A DNA stretch of 64,000 bases from the human T2T-CHM13v2.0 reference genome, Homo sapiens, in assembly GCF_009914755.1 (NCBI RefSeq), contig NC_060927.1; one strand, written 5' to 3'. The notes below the pieces were generated by a model. That model worked only from the letters and a program-made list of their open reading frames with translations. It was not told the DNA's origin and made no database searches. Positions 1 to 18,879 of this stretch are shown in pieces (the stretch's first letter is position 1; each line of letters begins with the position of its first letter). The position numbers and the translations under genes were made by a program.

Positions 1-720
1 GTTTGTTTTTGTTTAATTCCTTTTTTATTTTTAAGCAAGGAATTGAAATCAAAAGGGGAAGATACTGAGGGGAGAGGAGATTTCAGACAATGTCGTAACA
101 AGATAGGAATACAAAAAATGGGAGATGAAAACAACTTGGCCCTTACCATTACTCCCAAAATAGGTTCCCAGGGCTGTAAAGAGAGTGACATGATGGTAGA
201 TCCTGACCACTAAAGAGAGATGGAAGGAGTAGAAATAAATATGTTGAGACAGCTGAGCACATTTTGGTCAGTGCCAGGATTCTTCCTTTATACTGAGCAT
301 GACTGTAGACCATGTTTTATCATTCAAGTGAACATATAGCATCCTCCTTGTGAGAACACAGAAGCCAGTTATATAGTTGTTGGGTGAAGATTTTAGTAGC
401 TCCCTATATTTTTGCTGCCTGTGGGGCCTGATTATTGCCTGGCAAAAAAAAAATTTCTTTATGTCTTCTGAAATTTTGCTCAGCACTCATCAACTCTTCT
501 TTATGTCAGTAGTCCAAAAATTTTCCAAAACATCAGATGAAGTTCTTGAAGCACTCATGAATGAACAGTAATAATATAACGTTTAGTTGTATGTGTTAAT
601 TTGACTTGGCTAAGGAATGCCCACAAAGCTGGTAAAACATTATTTCAAGGTATGTCTGTGAAATGTTTCTGTAAGAGAGTAACATACGAATTGGTCGATA
701 GAGCAAAAGAGATCTGCCCT

Positions 721-1363
721 TCCTACCAAGAAGCGCAGGAATCCTTCCTTCTTAGTTTTACGTGAAAGAAAATTCAGCAAAGGGACTAATTTAGCTTTAA
801 AAAAAGGAGAGGGAGTTCATTGAAGGAAAATAGAGGACAGAGAGTTTACTTAGAGAGTACACTCTGAAAACATGAAGCAGAGTGGGCTGCTGAAAGGGAG
901 TGAGCCAGCAGCACCTTGCATTGGGTTTTCATATCGAATTTTTTCTTGAAGTTCCCACCTCTGTCTTAAAGTCTCTGCCTTTTTTTGGTCTAGTTTTTCT
1001 TCTCTTGCCTTAAGTCCCCATGTTTTCTTCCTCCTAGTTCCCACCACAAGCTTGTGGTATGCTCCCTTAGTGCACATGCATGGCCTGGTGTTGGATCAAA
1101 TCGTGCCTGCATATTTCTTAGGAATCTTCTCCTTTGCCCTCTTTCCCTAATTAGCAGGCACCTAGTGACATTCTGACGTTGTAACTGCAGAGTGAATAAT
1201 TACTGGGCCTCTTAATGGGCATTCCTTCCTGCAAATGTATTTCCCCTCCTCTCTGCCTAGCATGCATGTTCTGGGTGGTCGCTGGAGTCTGAGATTATCT
1301 AGACCTCCATTTTCTCAGGGGCTCCTCGCTTCTCCTATGTCTCACTCTCTGCCTACTCTGACA
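721..1363 (-). mobile_element. MER66-like ERV1 solo LTR nested in MLT2
   Basis: Minus strand begins tgtcagagtaggcaga..ggagcccctgagaaaa..gaggaggggaaatac, matching the recalled MER66 consensus; 4-bp TSD-like ccct (717-720) / ctct (1364-1367). Confidence 0.7.
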
Positions 1364-1693
1364 CTCTCACCAATGTGGATAGGCATCATCCAATCCACTG
1401 AGGGCCTCAACAGAACAAAAGAGCAGGAGAAGCCCAAATTAATCTCTCTACTTGAGCAAGGACATTCATCTTCTCCTGCCCTTGGCTACCAGCACTCTTG
1501 GTTCTGGGGCATGCAAACTCAGACTGAGAGTCACACTATTTAACTTCCCTGATTCTCAGGCCTTTGGATTTGGGAACTGGAATTACATCACTGGCTTTCT
1601 CAGTCGTCCATCTTACACACAGAACATCATGGGACTTCTCAGCTTCCATAATCAACTCAGCCAACCCTTATAGTAAGTTCTTCTCTGTATATC

Positions 1694-1748
<55 letters not shown>
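1694..1748 (+). repeat. (GATA)n tetranucleotide microsatellite, about 13 perfect units
   Basis: Read directly; lies in the simple-repeat-prone 3' part of MLT2. Confidence 0.97.
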
Positions 1749-3385
1749 GGATGTACTGTTGGTTCTTTCTCTGGAGAACCCAGAGTAATACAATATGGAA
1801 AAAAACCTTTTCAGCTGCAGAAACTCCCCAGTTTGGAGAGGCATGTGAGAGGGTATATGTAAAATAACTGTTGATGCTGAGAATGTGGCATCCTTAGAGT
1901 TTCGGAAATTGTAATTACATATATAATTTAGTTAATAGAAATTGTATGTACTTTTTCTTGCTTTTTAGTTGTCATATTTCTAGAAAACATCTTTATTATT
2001 CTCTATATATGCATTGTTGTTTTGATATTAATTGAAAACATTTTTATCTTTATTTTTCAGAATTTCTTAAAAGCAAAGAAACAAAGAAGTCTTCAGTTGT
2101 TTTAGTAAAAAGAACGATTTAGAGGTTTTGGAGCAGTCACAACTGAATTTGAATTCCGGATTGGATAATTTGTTACCTTTGCAATTTTCAGTTAATTAAC
2201 TTTCATGAACGTTAGGGGGATTTTTTTTGTTGTTTTTTTAAAATAAGGGTAATAATGCAAAATGTGGATGGATATTGGACACATTAAATGTGTATAAAAA
2301 TTTCCTAAGCCTACCACTCCACCATTCTCCCTTAAACTTACCATCATCAATCTGGCAATATTTTCTTGGGTAATATCAAACAGTATACGACCCAAGAACT
2401 GCTATAATTGCTACAATTTTCTCTATCCAATTCCAGATGGCCTGAAAATTTATTCTATCATTCCTGAGGGCCTCAGCAAGTTAGAGATATGAAAGCTTGA
2501 AAGAATACAAAGCTGTTTGCTCCATATCTTGCTGCCTCTTGTCTTAGTTCACATCTTGAAAACAGAAAATATTGCCTACACCCACTGTGACTTTTTTTTT
2601 CTAAGATCCCTTCCAGACACAAAAACTAAAAATCTCAGTTTCTTTTCACTTGCTCTCATACTAACGATGCTTCATAAACGCAGCAAATTTTGGAGAAAAT
2701 CAAAGTTTAAAATGAAAACTATGTTTCACCCATCTGTGTCTAACTATGAAAATGTAAATGTAAAATACAGTAAATTGGATAAAGTAAATCCAGATTACTT
2801 TAGCAGGTAAATAGAAGGAAATAAGAGGTTTGTTTTATTGTTAATTTTCCATCAGTATTTTAGATAATTGATTTCACAAAAGCTGGAATATGAAACTTGG
2901 CCATAACATTGTCATGAAAATTATAAAATTAATGATGTAAAAAATGACCTCATAAATACTGTCATGTAAGGATATTCAAACCTAACTCACAGGAAATGAC
3001 AAAGAAACATTAAGCTCTAAGTCAGATTCCAGGAGAACACCATATATTATGTTATTAAATATTATTGGTTTCCTGAAAGCCTTATATGAGGCACTTGTTC
3101 CACATTCTTCAAGAGCAGACAAGCTCCTGAAGTGCCCTCCCAATTCAATATTCCTGAGGGTATTTTAGACACTCAGACACAATGTTAAATTCATTACATT
3201 GTATAAACTCTTGAATAAAGAATGCATATTATCTAGTTAATTTTTTACTGAGAACCCTAACTTTAGAAGTAAACAAGGAAGCAAATGATAATGCTAAATA
3301 TTCTATAAATAAGATATTTAAATAAGAATAGCCTCTTAATTAATTAAATTATTTTAAAGAAAAAATGTAGAAAGACTCTATTTTC

Positions 3386-3712
<327 letters not shown>

Positions 3713-3739
3713 TTATTTTTTAAAATTAGTTATATAGGT

Positions 3740-3975
3740 TTTTAAATTGACAGATAAAATGTATATATTTATGGTGCGGAACACAATGTTTTGGTATTTA
3801 TATATTGTGGAATGGCTAAATCAAGCTAGTTAACATATAAATACCTCACACACTTTTTTTTTTTTTTTTTAGTGGTAAGAACACTTTAAGCAATGTTCAC
3901 GTACTCAACACATTGTAATTATAGTTACATGTTATCATTATAATGATAATAAGTCTCTTGAATTTATTCATCTGA
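3740..3975 (-). mobile_element. L1MA-type 3' end fragment
   Basis: attgtggaatggctaaatcaagctagttaacata..gtggtaagaacactt..tctcttgaatttattc resembles an antisense L1MA8-10 3'UTR. Confidence 0.65.
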
Positions 3976-4139
3976 TACACAGTTACTTATACAAACATTT
4001 ACACATGTGCACACACACTCATACACATGTATGTAAGGTAAAGATGTATTTATGTGAAAGTCAAGAGGTTTAGAGAAAATATATTAACTCAGCAAAAAGA
4101 ATGGATAAAATGTATTAACTTAGCAAAAAGAATCTTTCC

Positions 4140-4270
4140 TAATCTCCTGGTTTTGATATTGTAGTTTATGCAAGATGCTACCATTGGTTTAGGTTGGCTG
4201 AAGAATGCTTAGGATCTTCCTGCACATTTCTCTGAATTTGCTGTGAATCTATAGTTCAAAATAAATGTTT
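4140..4270 (+). mobile_element. L1MC/MD-type 3' terminal fragment
   Basis: gatattgtagtttatgcaagatgctaccattgg..gtgaatctata..aaaataaa. Confidence 0.55.
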
Positions 4271-5904
4271 TATTAAGATTGAATATAGTTGGGCTAAAAT
4301 GATATTTTCAAGTGCAATGAGCATTTGGAGGGAAATTATACTATGGTTGTGAAACAAAATAGTATTAAATGTGAGTTGAAAATGGATAAATTATTACAGC
4401 TACTAAATTTGACCATAGGGTTTAACATAGGAAGTAAAAAATCCATATAAATTTAAAAGTCCAATCTTGTGTAAGAATGAAAGATTGCCTTATGTGTTTA
4501 TCTGGAGTTTATGGATATAATCATAATCTAGAACTTTTTGTGGGAAACATCGTAGAAAAAGAATAAGAACACTTAATTTGTGAAACTGCATGAAAAACAT
4601 TTTCTAGAGAAAATTTAAAGCAGGATTATAAAAAACTTATTCCATTTCCCTCTTTCATTAGAAAGTTCATTTTGATTGTTTAGTAATATAATGAATGTTT
4701 TGAGTACAGTAAACATCTTGAGGCTAGATAATGAACTTATAAAATGGACTACCCCTTTGTCACACTTTATTCATCTGAAATCTAGGACAGTACTATTTTT
4801 CAAAGTATTATTTTTGTATGCTATAGTGCTACAAAATATTTGTTAACATTAATATATAAACTAAAAGAAACAGAGAAACATCTCTTAAAGTGGTTTGAAA
4901 AATCCTTTATGAAGCACACCAGAGACACACTTTAAAACTGTATAAAAGAATGAAATATAATAGCATAAGTTGATTTTAGATATTTTCAAAATTTAAGAAA
5001 AAAATAAGATATATGCAAACACAAATAATGTAGTTTTGTTTTTTTCAAACTTTTATTTGAAGTTCAATATGGTCTGTACAAAAGAAATGGAGTGAGTGGT
5101 AAAATTAGTGATTTTTAAATCCATTCCTGGGGAGTAAACAGGATTTCCATAATGCTCTGAAAGTATAGCTTTAAGGTATCATGAAAGAAAGGGCATGAAG
5201 TCACAAAGCCATTTATATAATCTCCTTCCAATCTATTAGCCATGATTTCTCCTCTTAATTTCTCTTCCATAGTGTACATTGTCAGGACAATATTTAATCT
5301 CAATTTCATGTTTTCTGATTATCACTCCACTCTGTTTATTCCGGTTAGTAAGTAGGAAATTCTGATTGAGTTACTTGTAAAATTTTTGCTAGTTTCTTTG
5401 TGAGCTTTTCAGTCCACTCTGCTTGAAAAAAGGAACAGTAGTTCTCCACATAAAGGACATTTGGGCAGCTTTGGAAACTTACGCACACATTAATATAGAA
5501 GAGTTGGAAAGAACTGCAATTGAACTGCTGAGATAATTCCTGTCAGCTGCAGCACTCAGAACTGGCTTGTGTCCCTCTGACGCCTTCTGGTCCTGTAGTC
5601 TCACTGAAGGCAGTGTTCTGCACATTATCTTTGATCCAGTTCTGCTTGAATGATTTTGGATAAAGATGGAACATTTTCTCACTCTTCAGAATTTTACTGT
5701 TACACTTGCTGCTCAAACTATGGAGTTATTTATTTGTCTTTTAACTATGAGGTAGTAATAAATTATGAGCTTAAAATTCACAAAACACATTTTCATTTCT
5801 AAGAATGGAAACAATCTATAGTGTCTAGACATAATAATCCAATGAGTCCTAGTATTTTTCAGTGTTTAAATAACAAAATTGAGATAGATAATCATTAGAA
5901 TATA

Positions 5905-6254
5905 TACCACTGTCTTGCAAAACACAAAAGACTCAGTGGCTTAAACAACAGAAATTTCTCAGTTCTGCAGGCAGAAAGTTCATAATCAGTGTGCTAGAAT
6001 GGTTGGTGTCTTTCCCAGGTTTTGGACAGCCACCTTCTCATTGGGTCCTCATGGGGAAAAAAAGAGAGAAAGAGAGAGAACCATCTTTCTGGTGTCTTTT
6101 CTAATAAGGGCACTAATCCCATCATGAAGGCCCCACCCTTATGACTTGATTCTCCCTGAATAACTTCCCAAGGCCTCATCTCCAAATATCACCACATAGA
6201 AGGTTAGGATTCCATATACAAACTTCTGGGGACTGCAGATATTTAGTTCACAAC
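5905..6254 (-). mobile_element. MLT1A/B-type MaLR solo LTR
   Basis: gtggcttaaacaacagaaattt..cagttctg..taaggggcactaatcccatcatg..ccaaaggcc-like..atttagttcacaaca. Confidence 0.8.
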
Positions 6255-8879
6255 ATCTACCATATTAGCAATCTCTTTTAAGAAACATGTTTTAACAAAG
6301 AATAGGATATTTTTAAGAGTCCAGAGAAGTAGTATTCATAATACTCATAGCACTTGACAATGCTTTTAAGGGTACCACATCATTTTATATTGAAAATAAA
6401 ATTCTGTGAGTTTATTAAGGGCTGATAAGTAATTGTGATATTGGCTTCCAGGGAATACTAGCAGAGATGAAAAATCTACCTGCTCCTTACCGTTGAAACT
6501 TGCTCTGAAAGGTACTGTGACTTGGTCACCATGCTACTGAGATATGATCCCTGATTTCCTCACTCCAGACCTCATGCTGACTTTGAGGACCCTTATGCTC
6601 CTGAATAACATTCGGCTCTTCAATAATAAAATATGTCCTTCAGCATTTGTATTTTTTCCTTCAGCTTTTCTTTTATGATAAGCAATGGGAAAAAGTTTTG
6701 GCTAGACACTGGAAATACACATTTTTCTAAATTTTATTTAGAACTATTATTTTTCCTTTAGTTACTAGTATTTTGAATAGTACTTTTTGGGCAATAATAA
6801 TCTATCTAAAAATTTCAGGGTTACAGCTTTCTGGTAAGCTACTATGAGTGGGTAGCAAGATTTTCTAACACGTTTCACAAGGATGTTTTATGTGGCTAGC
6901 AGGAAATTCTCATTGTTCCGCTAAAAAGCTTGCAAAAAGGGAGGCAAAAATGTGAAAACCTAAATGTCACATATTTTTTCTATTTCTTGTCTCAGTATCC
7001 CTCTAGAATTTTCAGATTTATTTCTCCCAATATGCAGGACTTCAAATTAAACAATGAACATTTCACTAGAAATCTAATCTACTTTAATTCACAGGGTGCC
7101 TGAAAAGAGCACAATTTTGAAGTCAGAGAGCATTTGGTTTGATATCTGATTCCATATCTTAAGGGACAATTTAGTTGATTTTCCACTGAAAACCTGAATT
7201 TATAAAGAATGTTTACTCAAACATTTACTATGTAGAATTGAGGCAAAGGTTAAATGGATTAAATGACATATCTCATTGGATAGTAATTATAAGGTAGAAA
7301 AGGTTATTAGTTAATAACATTACTAAAATTTTAGTACAAGCTTCTCTCTTGTGTATGACATTGCTTTGGGGCCAGTATATTGCTTTCAGTTTTTGAAGAG
7401 TTAAGATTCAGAAATTTGGAGTCACAATCTAAAAACATTATCACAGGTAAGTCAGGGGTGAATAGTCAGTATATTTGAAATATTCATTATACGTATATTG
7501 TTATGAATAAAACCAGAAAAGGCGGCTAGTGTTGATGTGAACATCTACTTTAATGAGGTCTTAAGCCTTTTAGAAAAATATAATTTCTAGCCTATGCTGC
7601 ATAATGATTAATGGCTATGTTGAATGTTCACTCCAGTAGTTTTACCCGTATATTTATAATTTCACTTGGTTGAAATTTACAGCTATCGTCAGTAGGTGTC
7701 TCAGGGTCAGAAAGGAAACATAAGCCTGTCATCATTATATGCCAGAGAACAGCTAGGTTAAAGGCATGCCAGCATGAGATATCAAGAGTTTTTGAGATTA
7801 GGAATTTATCTGGAGTGACATTTTTATATTATTATTTTATACTGACATATATGAAGTGATAGTAAAGTGACACCAACAGATAAACCTATCTGCATGCTTT
7901 CTTATTGAAGTACTACTTATGAGTAATGCCACCAATATTTAATGTCTGCTTTGGTCACAGTTTTAAGTCTGACAGAGGCTCTTTCAAACATAAAAAGATT
8001 CTCTTTAAGATGGAGTTCAGTTCCTCAATTTGCAAACATTCATGTTTTTACATCTCAGCTCTAGAACTTATAAGTATACTGTACTTCAAAAATAGGCTGG
8101 AGGGGTGAATTGTGAAATATGTTCAACTTGAAGCTGATCAAAGTGAGCCTAACATACAGCAGGATGGTAATTAATTTGGAAGGGGTGGAACGGGATGAAG
8201 CTTTCAGATCTATGTGTAACTTATGAATTTTATCCACATCCTTCCAAGCCTGTTTATAAGCAAGTGAATAAAGAAATTAATGTAATTATGTCAGGATGTT
8301 TTTCCCTGCTGATTTTGATTTGCTGCGCATTTACAGTAAAAACTATTAATTGAAGAAGCCTAGTGGCTAATGTTATGCATAAAAATAGATTTATTTCTCA
8401 TATCACTCTGTGTATATTTATTCCCTGGCATTTAAAAGAAAATATATTCTGGAGAAATTAAAGACATTTTGTTTTAAAAATGTTTTATAACGACTACTGG
8501 TGAGAATGAAATGATTTTTAACAATTTCTTCATAGGTTTTAAATTCTATTTATTAAGCTATGTTGCAACTGAAAGATTGGCCCTATATATACTTTTTAAG
8601 AGGTTTAACATGTTGAAGATGAGGATTTGGACATGTAAAGTATAATCAGTGTCAAAATTTCACATAACAAAATGTAGGAAAGAGAGCAAATGAATAATGA
8701 AAAATAGCATTTTTAATGTGTAAATTAAGGTAGAAATACCAAATACAAACTAAATTACTGCATTTTACTGTACTTAGTTACTGATGTTTTATATTTTGGT
8801 GCATATCTTCCTATTACTTATTTTGTTAAATTTCTTTGTTCTGCTTCTGTCTCATTTATCTATCTCTATAAGTCTCAGG

Positions 8880-9370
8880 TCATACTACATTTAGGTTTCT
8901 ATATTCTTTAATTTAAATATGTTATATCTTGTAACCCTATTTCTGTGCTAATACATTATTTTTGAAATATGTAGTTTTAATAAAAATAGATATATATCAT
9001 TATATTTAACTTTGTGCAAAGCATAGAAAGCATTGTGCAAATTGCATACCAAAGTTTTTTTTAAAATTGTGCAAATTGTTGTTTAGATCCTCAGGATCAA
9101 TTTCTACATTTAAAATGGCTAAATTAAGGCATGGATATAATGTCCCTAAAAACTGTAGGCTTCTTTGTATTTCATCCACAGTCTGCAAGAATTTTCATTT
9201 TATCACGTTGTTATACTTAACATTTATTTTAAGCTTTAACAATTTGATAGCATAAAAATAGTATAATTTTAATATTTTTAGTAAGACAGAGCACAAAATA
9301 CTATTCTTAAGTGTTACTCTTGTTCAGAATTGCCTTTTAATATAATTTGCTTATCACTTTATTATGCCTT
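8880..9370 (-). mobile_element. Ancient L1ME-like fragment
   Basis: Degenerate antisense L1 3' text (aaaatggctaaattaagg..aatttgatagcataaaaatagta). Confidence 0.35.
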
Positions 9371-9477
9371 TTAAAGGGTATATCTATGATTGACAGCAAT
9401 ATAAACACATAATTTACAAGTTCTATGAAGAACTTCAGAGAATTAGCTGTTAGGCTGGAAATACTATTATCTAATTC

Positions 9478-9557
9478 ATTTGTGTGTTAGGGTTTTCCAG
9501 AGAAATGGAACCAGTAGAATATATGCAGTGTGTGTGTCTGTGTGTGTGTGTGTGTGT
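9478..9557 (-). mobile_element. MLT2 terminal fragment with (TG)n
   Basis: gttagggttttccagagaaatggaaccagtagaatatat followed by a TG repeat. Confidence 0.6.
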
Positions 9558-9854
9558 AAGATAAAAATGAATAGTTTTAAAGTATACTTTCACATTATAG
9601 AAAGTAGTCTTCTCTCTCCCATTTCACAGAAACAAATATTGAAGGTATTCATCAAATTCCTCTTCCTGAGGTTTTTCTTCTGTTTTTGATAGTTGGATTT
9701 TCTAAAGTTCAGATTCTGAAGTGCTTTCTTATCAGAGTTTTTATTTACATAATATTTTGATTTCTTTGGAGAAAAATGTAGTTTATTATTTTTCTTGGAG
9801 GTCTCTCAGATAATTCAGATAATAATCTGAATTCTATATGTGATGAATCTTCAC

Positions 9855-12520
<2,666 letters not shown>

Positions 12521-12894
12521 TATGAATTTCTTGTCGTATGAAATACTAAGTTTCCCTATCTTTATGCTAGTTAGAATCAAGGATTTTTCTATTTTTGAAT
12601 CCAAACACTTCTTTATTTTATTTATTTTATTTATTTATTTATTTATTTATTTATTTGGTATGCCTTTTTTTTGTTTTGTTTTGTTTTTTATTATACTTTA
12701 AGTTTTAGGGTACATGTGCACATAGTGCAGGTTAGTTACATATGTATACATGTGCCATGCTGGTGCGCTGCACCCACTAACTCGTCATCTAGCATTAGGT
12801 ATATCTCCCAATGCTATCCCTCCCCCCTCCCACCACCGCACCACAGTCCCCAGAGTGTGATATTCCCCTTCCTGTGTCCATGTGATCTCATTGT

Positions 12895-16748
<3,854 letters not shown>

Positions 16749-16784
16749 TTAGTTGATGCAGTTTCTTCCTAGTCTTGATGGTCT

Positions 16785-17802
16785 TTACATTTTGGCATGA
16801 TTTTGCAGCGGCTGGTACTGGTTGTTCCTTTCCATGTTTAGCACTTCCTTCAGGAGCTCTTTTAGGGCAGGCCTAGTGGTGACAAAATCGGTCAGCATTT
16901 GCTTGTCTGTAAAGTATTTTATTTCTCCTTCACTTATGAAGCTTAGTTTGGCTGGATATGAAATTCTGGGTTGAAAATTCTTTTCTTTAAGAATGTTGAA
17001 TATTGGCCCCCACTCTCTTCTGGCTTGTAGGGTTTCTGCCGAGTGATCCACTGTTAGTCTGATGGGCTTCCCTTTGAGGGTAACCCGACCTTTCTCTCTG
17101 GCTGCCCTTAACATTTTTTCCTTCATTTCAACTTTGGTGAATCTGACAATTATGTGTCTTGGAGTTGCTCTTCTCGAGGAGTATCTTTGTGGCGTTCTCT
17201 GTATTTCCTGAATCTGAACGTTGGCCTGCCTTGCTAGATTGGGGAAGTTCTCCTGGATAATACCCTGCAGAGTGTTTTCCAACTTGGTTCCATTCTCCCC
17301 ATCACTTTCAGGTACACCAATCAGATGTAGATTTGGTCTTTTCACATAGTCCCATATTTCTTGGAGGCTTTGCTCATTTCTTTTTATTCTTTTTTCTCTA
17401 AACTTCCCTTCTTGCTTCATTTTCATTCATTTCATCTTCCATTGCTGATACCCTTTCTTCCAGTTGATCGCATCGGCTCCTGAGGCTTCTGCATTCTTCA
17501 CGTAGTTCTCGAGCCTTGGTTTTCAGTTCCATCAGCTCCTTTAAGCACTTCTCTGTATTGGTTATTCTAGTTATACATTCTTCTAAATTTTTTTCAAAGT
17601 TTTCAACTTCTTTGCCTTTGGTTTGAATGTCCTCCCGTAGCTCAGAGTAATTTGATCGTCTGAAGCCTTCTTCTCTCAGCTCGTCAAAGTCATTCTCCAT
17701 CCAGCTTTGTTCTGTTGCTGGTGAGGAACTGCGTTCCTTTGGAGGAGGAGAGACGCTCTGCATTTTAGAGTTTCCAGTTTTTCTGTTCTGTTTTTTCCCC
17801 AT
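16785..17802 (-). pseudogene. L1 ORF1p with a single +1 frameshift near 17420
   Basis: MGKKQNRKTGNSK..MEDEMNE (17398-17802) continues in another frame as MKQEGKFREKR..LQNHAKM (16785-17426). Confidence 0.96.
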
Positions 17803-18705
17803 CTTTGTGATTTTATCTAGTTTTGGTCTTTGATGATGGTGATGTACAGATGGGTTTTCGGTGTGGATGTCCTTTCTGTTTGTTAGTTTTCCTTCTAACA
17901 GACAGGACCCTCAGCTGCAGGTCTATTGGAATACCCTGCTGTGTGAGGTGTCAGTGTGCCCCTGCTGGAGGGTGCCTCCCAGTTAGGCTGCTCGGGGGTC
18001 AGGGGTCAGGGACCCACTTGAGGAGGCAGTCTGCCGGTTCTCAGATCTCCAGCTGCGTGCTGGGAGAACCACTGCTCTCTTCAAAGCTGTCAGACAGGGA
18101 CATTTAAGTCTGCAGAGGTTACTGCTGTCTTTTTGTTTGTCTGTGCCCTGCCCCCAGAGGTGGAGCCTACAGAGGCAGGCAGGCCTCCTTGAGCTGTGGT
18201 GGGCTCCACCCAGTTGGAGCTTCCCTGCTGCTTTGTTTACCTAAGCAAGCCTGGGCAATGGCAGGCGCCCCTCCCCCAGCCTTGCTGCCGCCTTGCAGTT
18301 TGATCTCAGACTGCTGTGTTAGCAATCAGCGAGATTCCGTGGGCGTAGGACCCTTCAAGCCAGGTGTGGGATATAGTCTCGTGGTGCGCCGTTTTTTAAG
18401 CCGGTCTGAAAAGCGCAATATTCGGGTGGGAGTGACCCGATTTTCCAGGTGTGTCCGTCACCCCTTTCTTTGACTCGGAAAGGGAACTCCCTGACCCCTT
18501 GCACTTCCCAGGTGAGGCAATGCCTCGCCCTGCTTCGGCTCGCGCATGGTGCGCGCACCCACTGGCCGGTGCCCACTGTCTGGCACTCCCTACTGAGATG
18601 CACCCGGTACCTCAGATGGAAATGCAGAAATCACCCGTCTTGGTCGCTCACGCTGGGAGCTGTAGACCGGAGCTGTTCCTATTCGGCCATCTTGGCTCCT
18701 CCCCC
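17803..18705. promoter_or_regulatory. L1 5'UTR: internal sense promoter (minus strand) and antisense promoter (plus strand), CpG-rich
   Basis: YY1 motif CAAGATGGCCG at the 5' end (about 18684-18694); the most CpG-rich stretch in the window. Promoter activity is established for the family and not shown for this copy. Confidence 0.85.
18258..18473 (+). CDS. L1 ORF0, intact 71-aa antisense ORF
   Basis: ATG at 18258: MAGAPPPALLPPCSLISDCCVSNQRDSVGVGPFKPGVGYSLVVRRFLSRSEKRNIRVGVTRFSRCVRHPFL-stop. CAG/GT donor sites at 18363/4 and 18448/9. Confidence 0.88.
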   Translation: MAGAPPPALLPPCSLISDCCVSNQRDSVGVGPFKPGVGYSLVVRRFLSRSEKRNIRVGVTRFSRCVRHPFL

Positions 18706-18879
18706 GAATGCAAACACTTCTTAACTAATAAGCTACTTTGTTTACATTTTTTGTTTTGCAATCTGATATTATTAAACTGTTTTATCAGTTCTAAGACATT
18801 TAAATTTCTTACGGTTTTAAGCATGTCATCTGAAAACAATTATAAGCTCCAACATGTAATGAGCTTTGAAGTCATTACT

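Larger units (their letters stand above)
575..1792 (+). mobile_element. MLT2 (MLT2C/D-like) ERVL solo LTR, split by a nested LTR at 721-1363
   Basis: Typical MLT2 5' text (ttgacttggctaaggaatgccc..gctggtaaaacattattt..gatctgccct) resumes at 1364 (ctctcaccaatgtgg..catcatccaatcc) and ends ctggagaacccagagtaataca at 1792. Confidence 0.85.
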
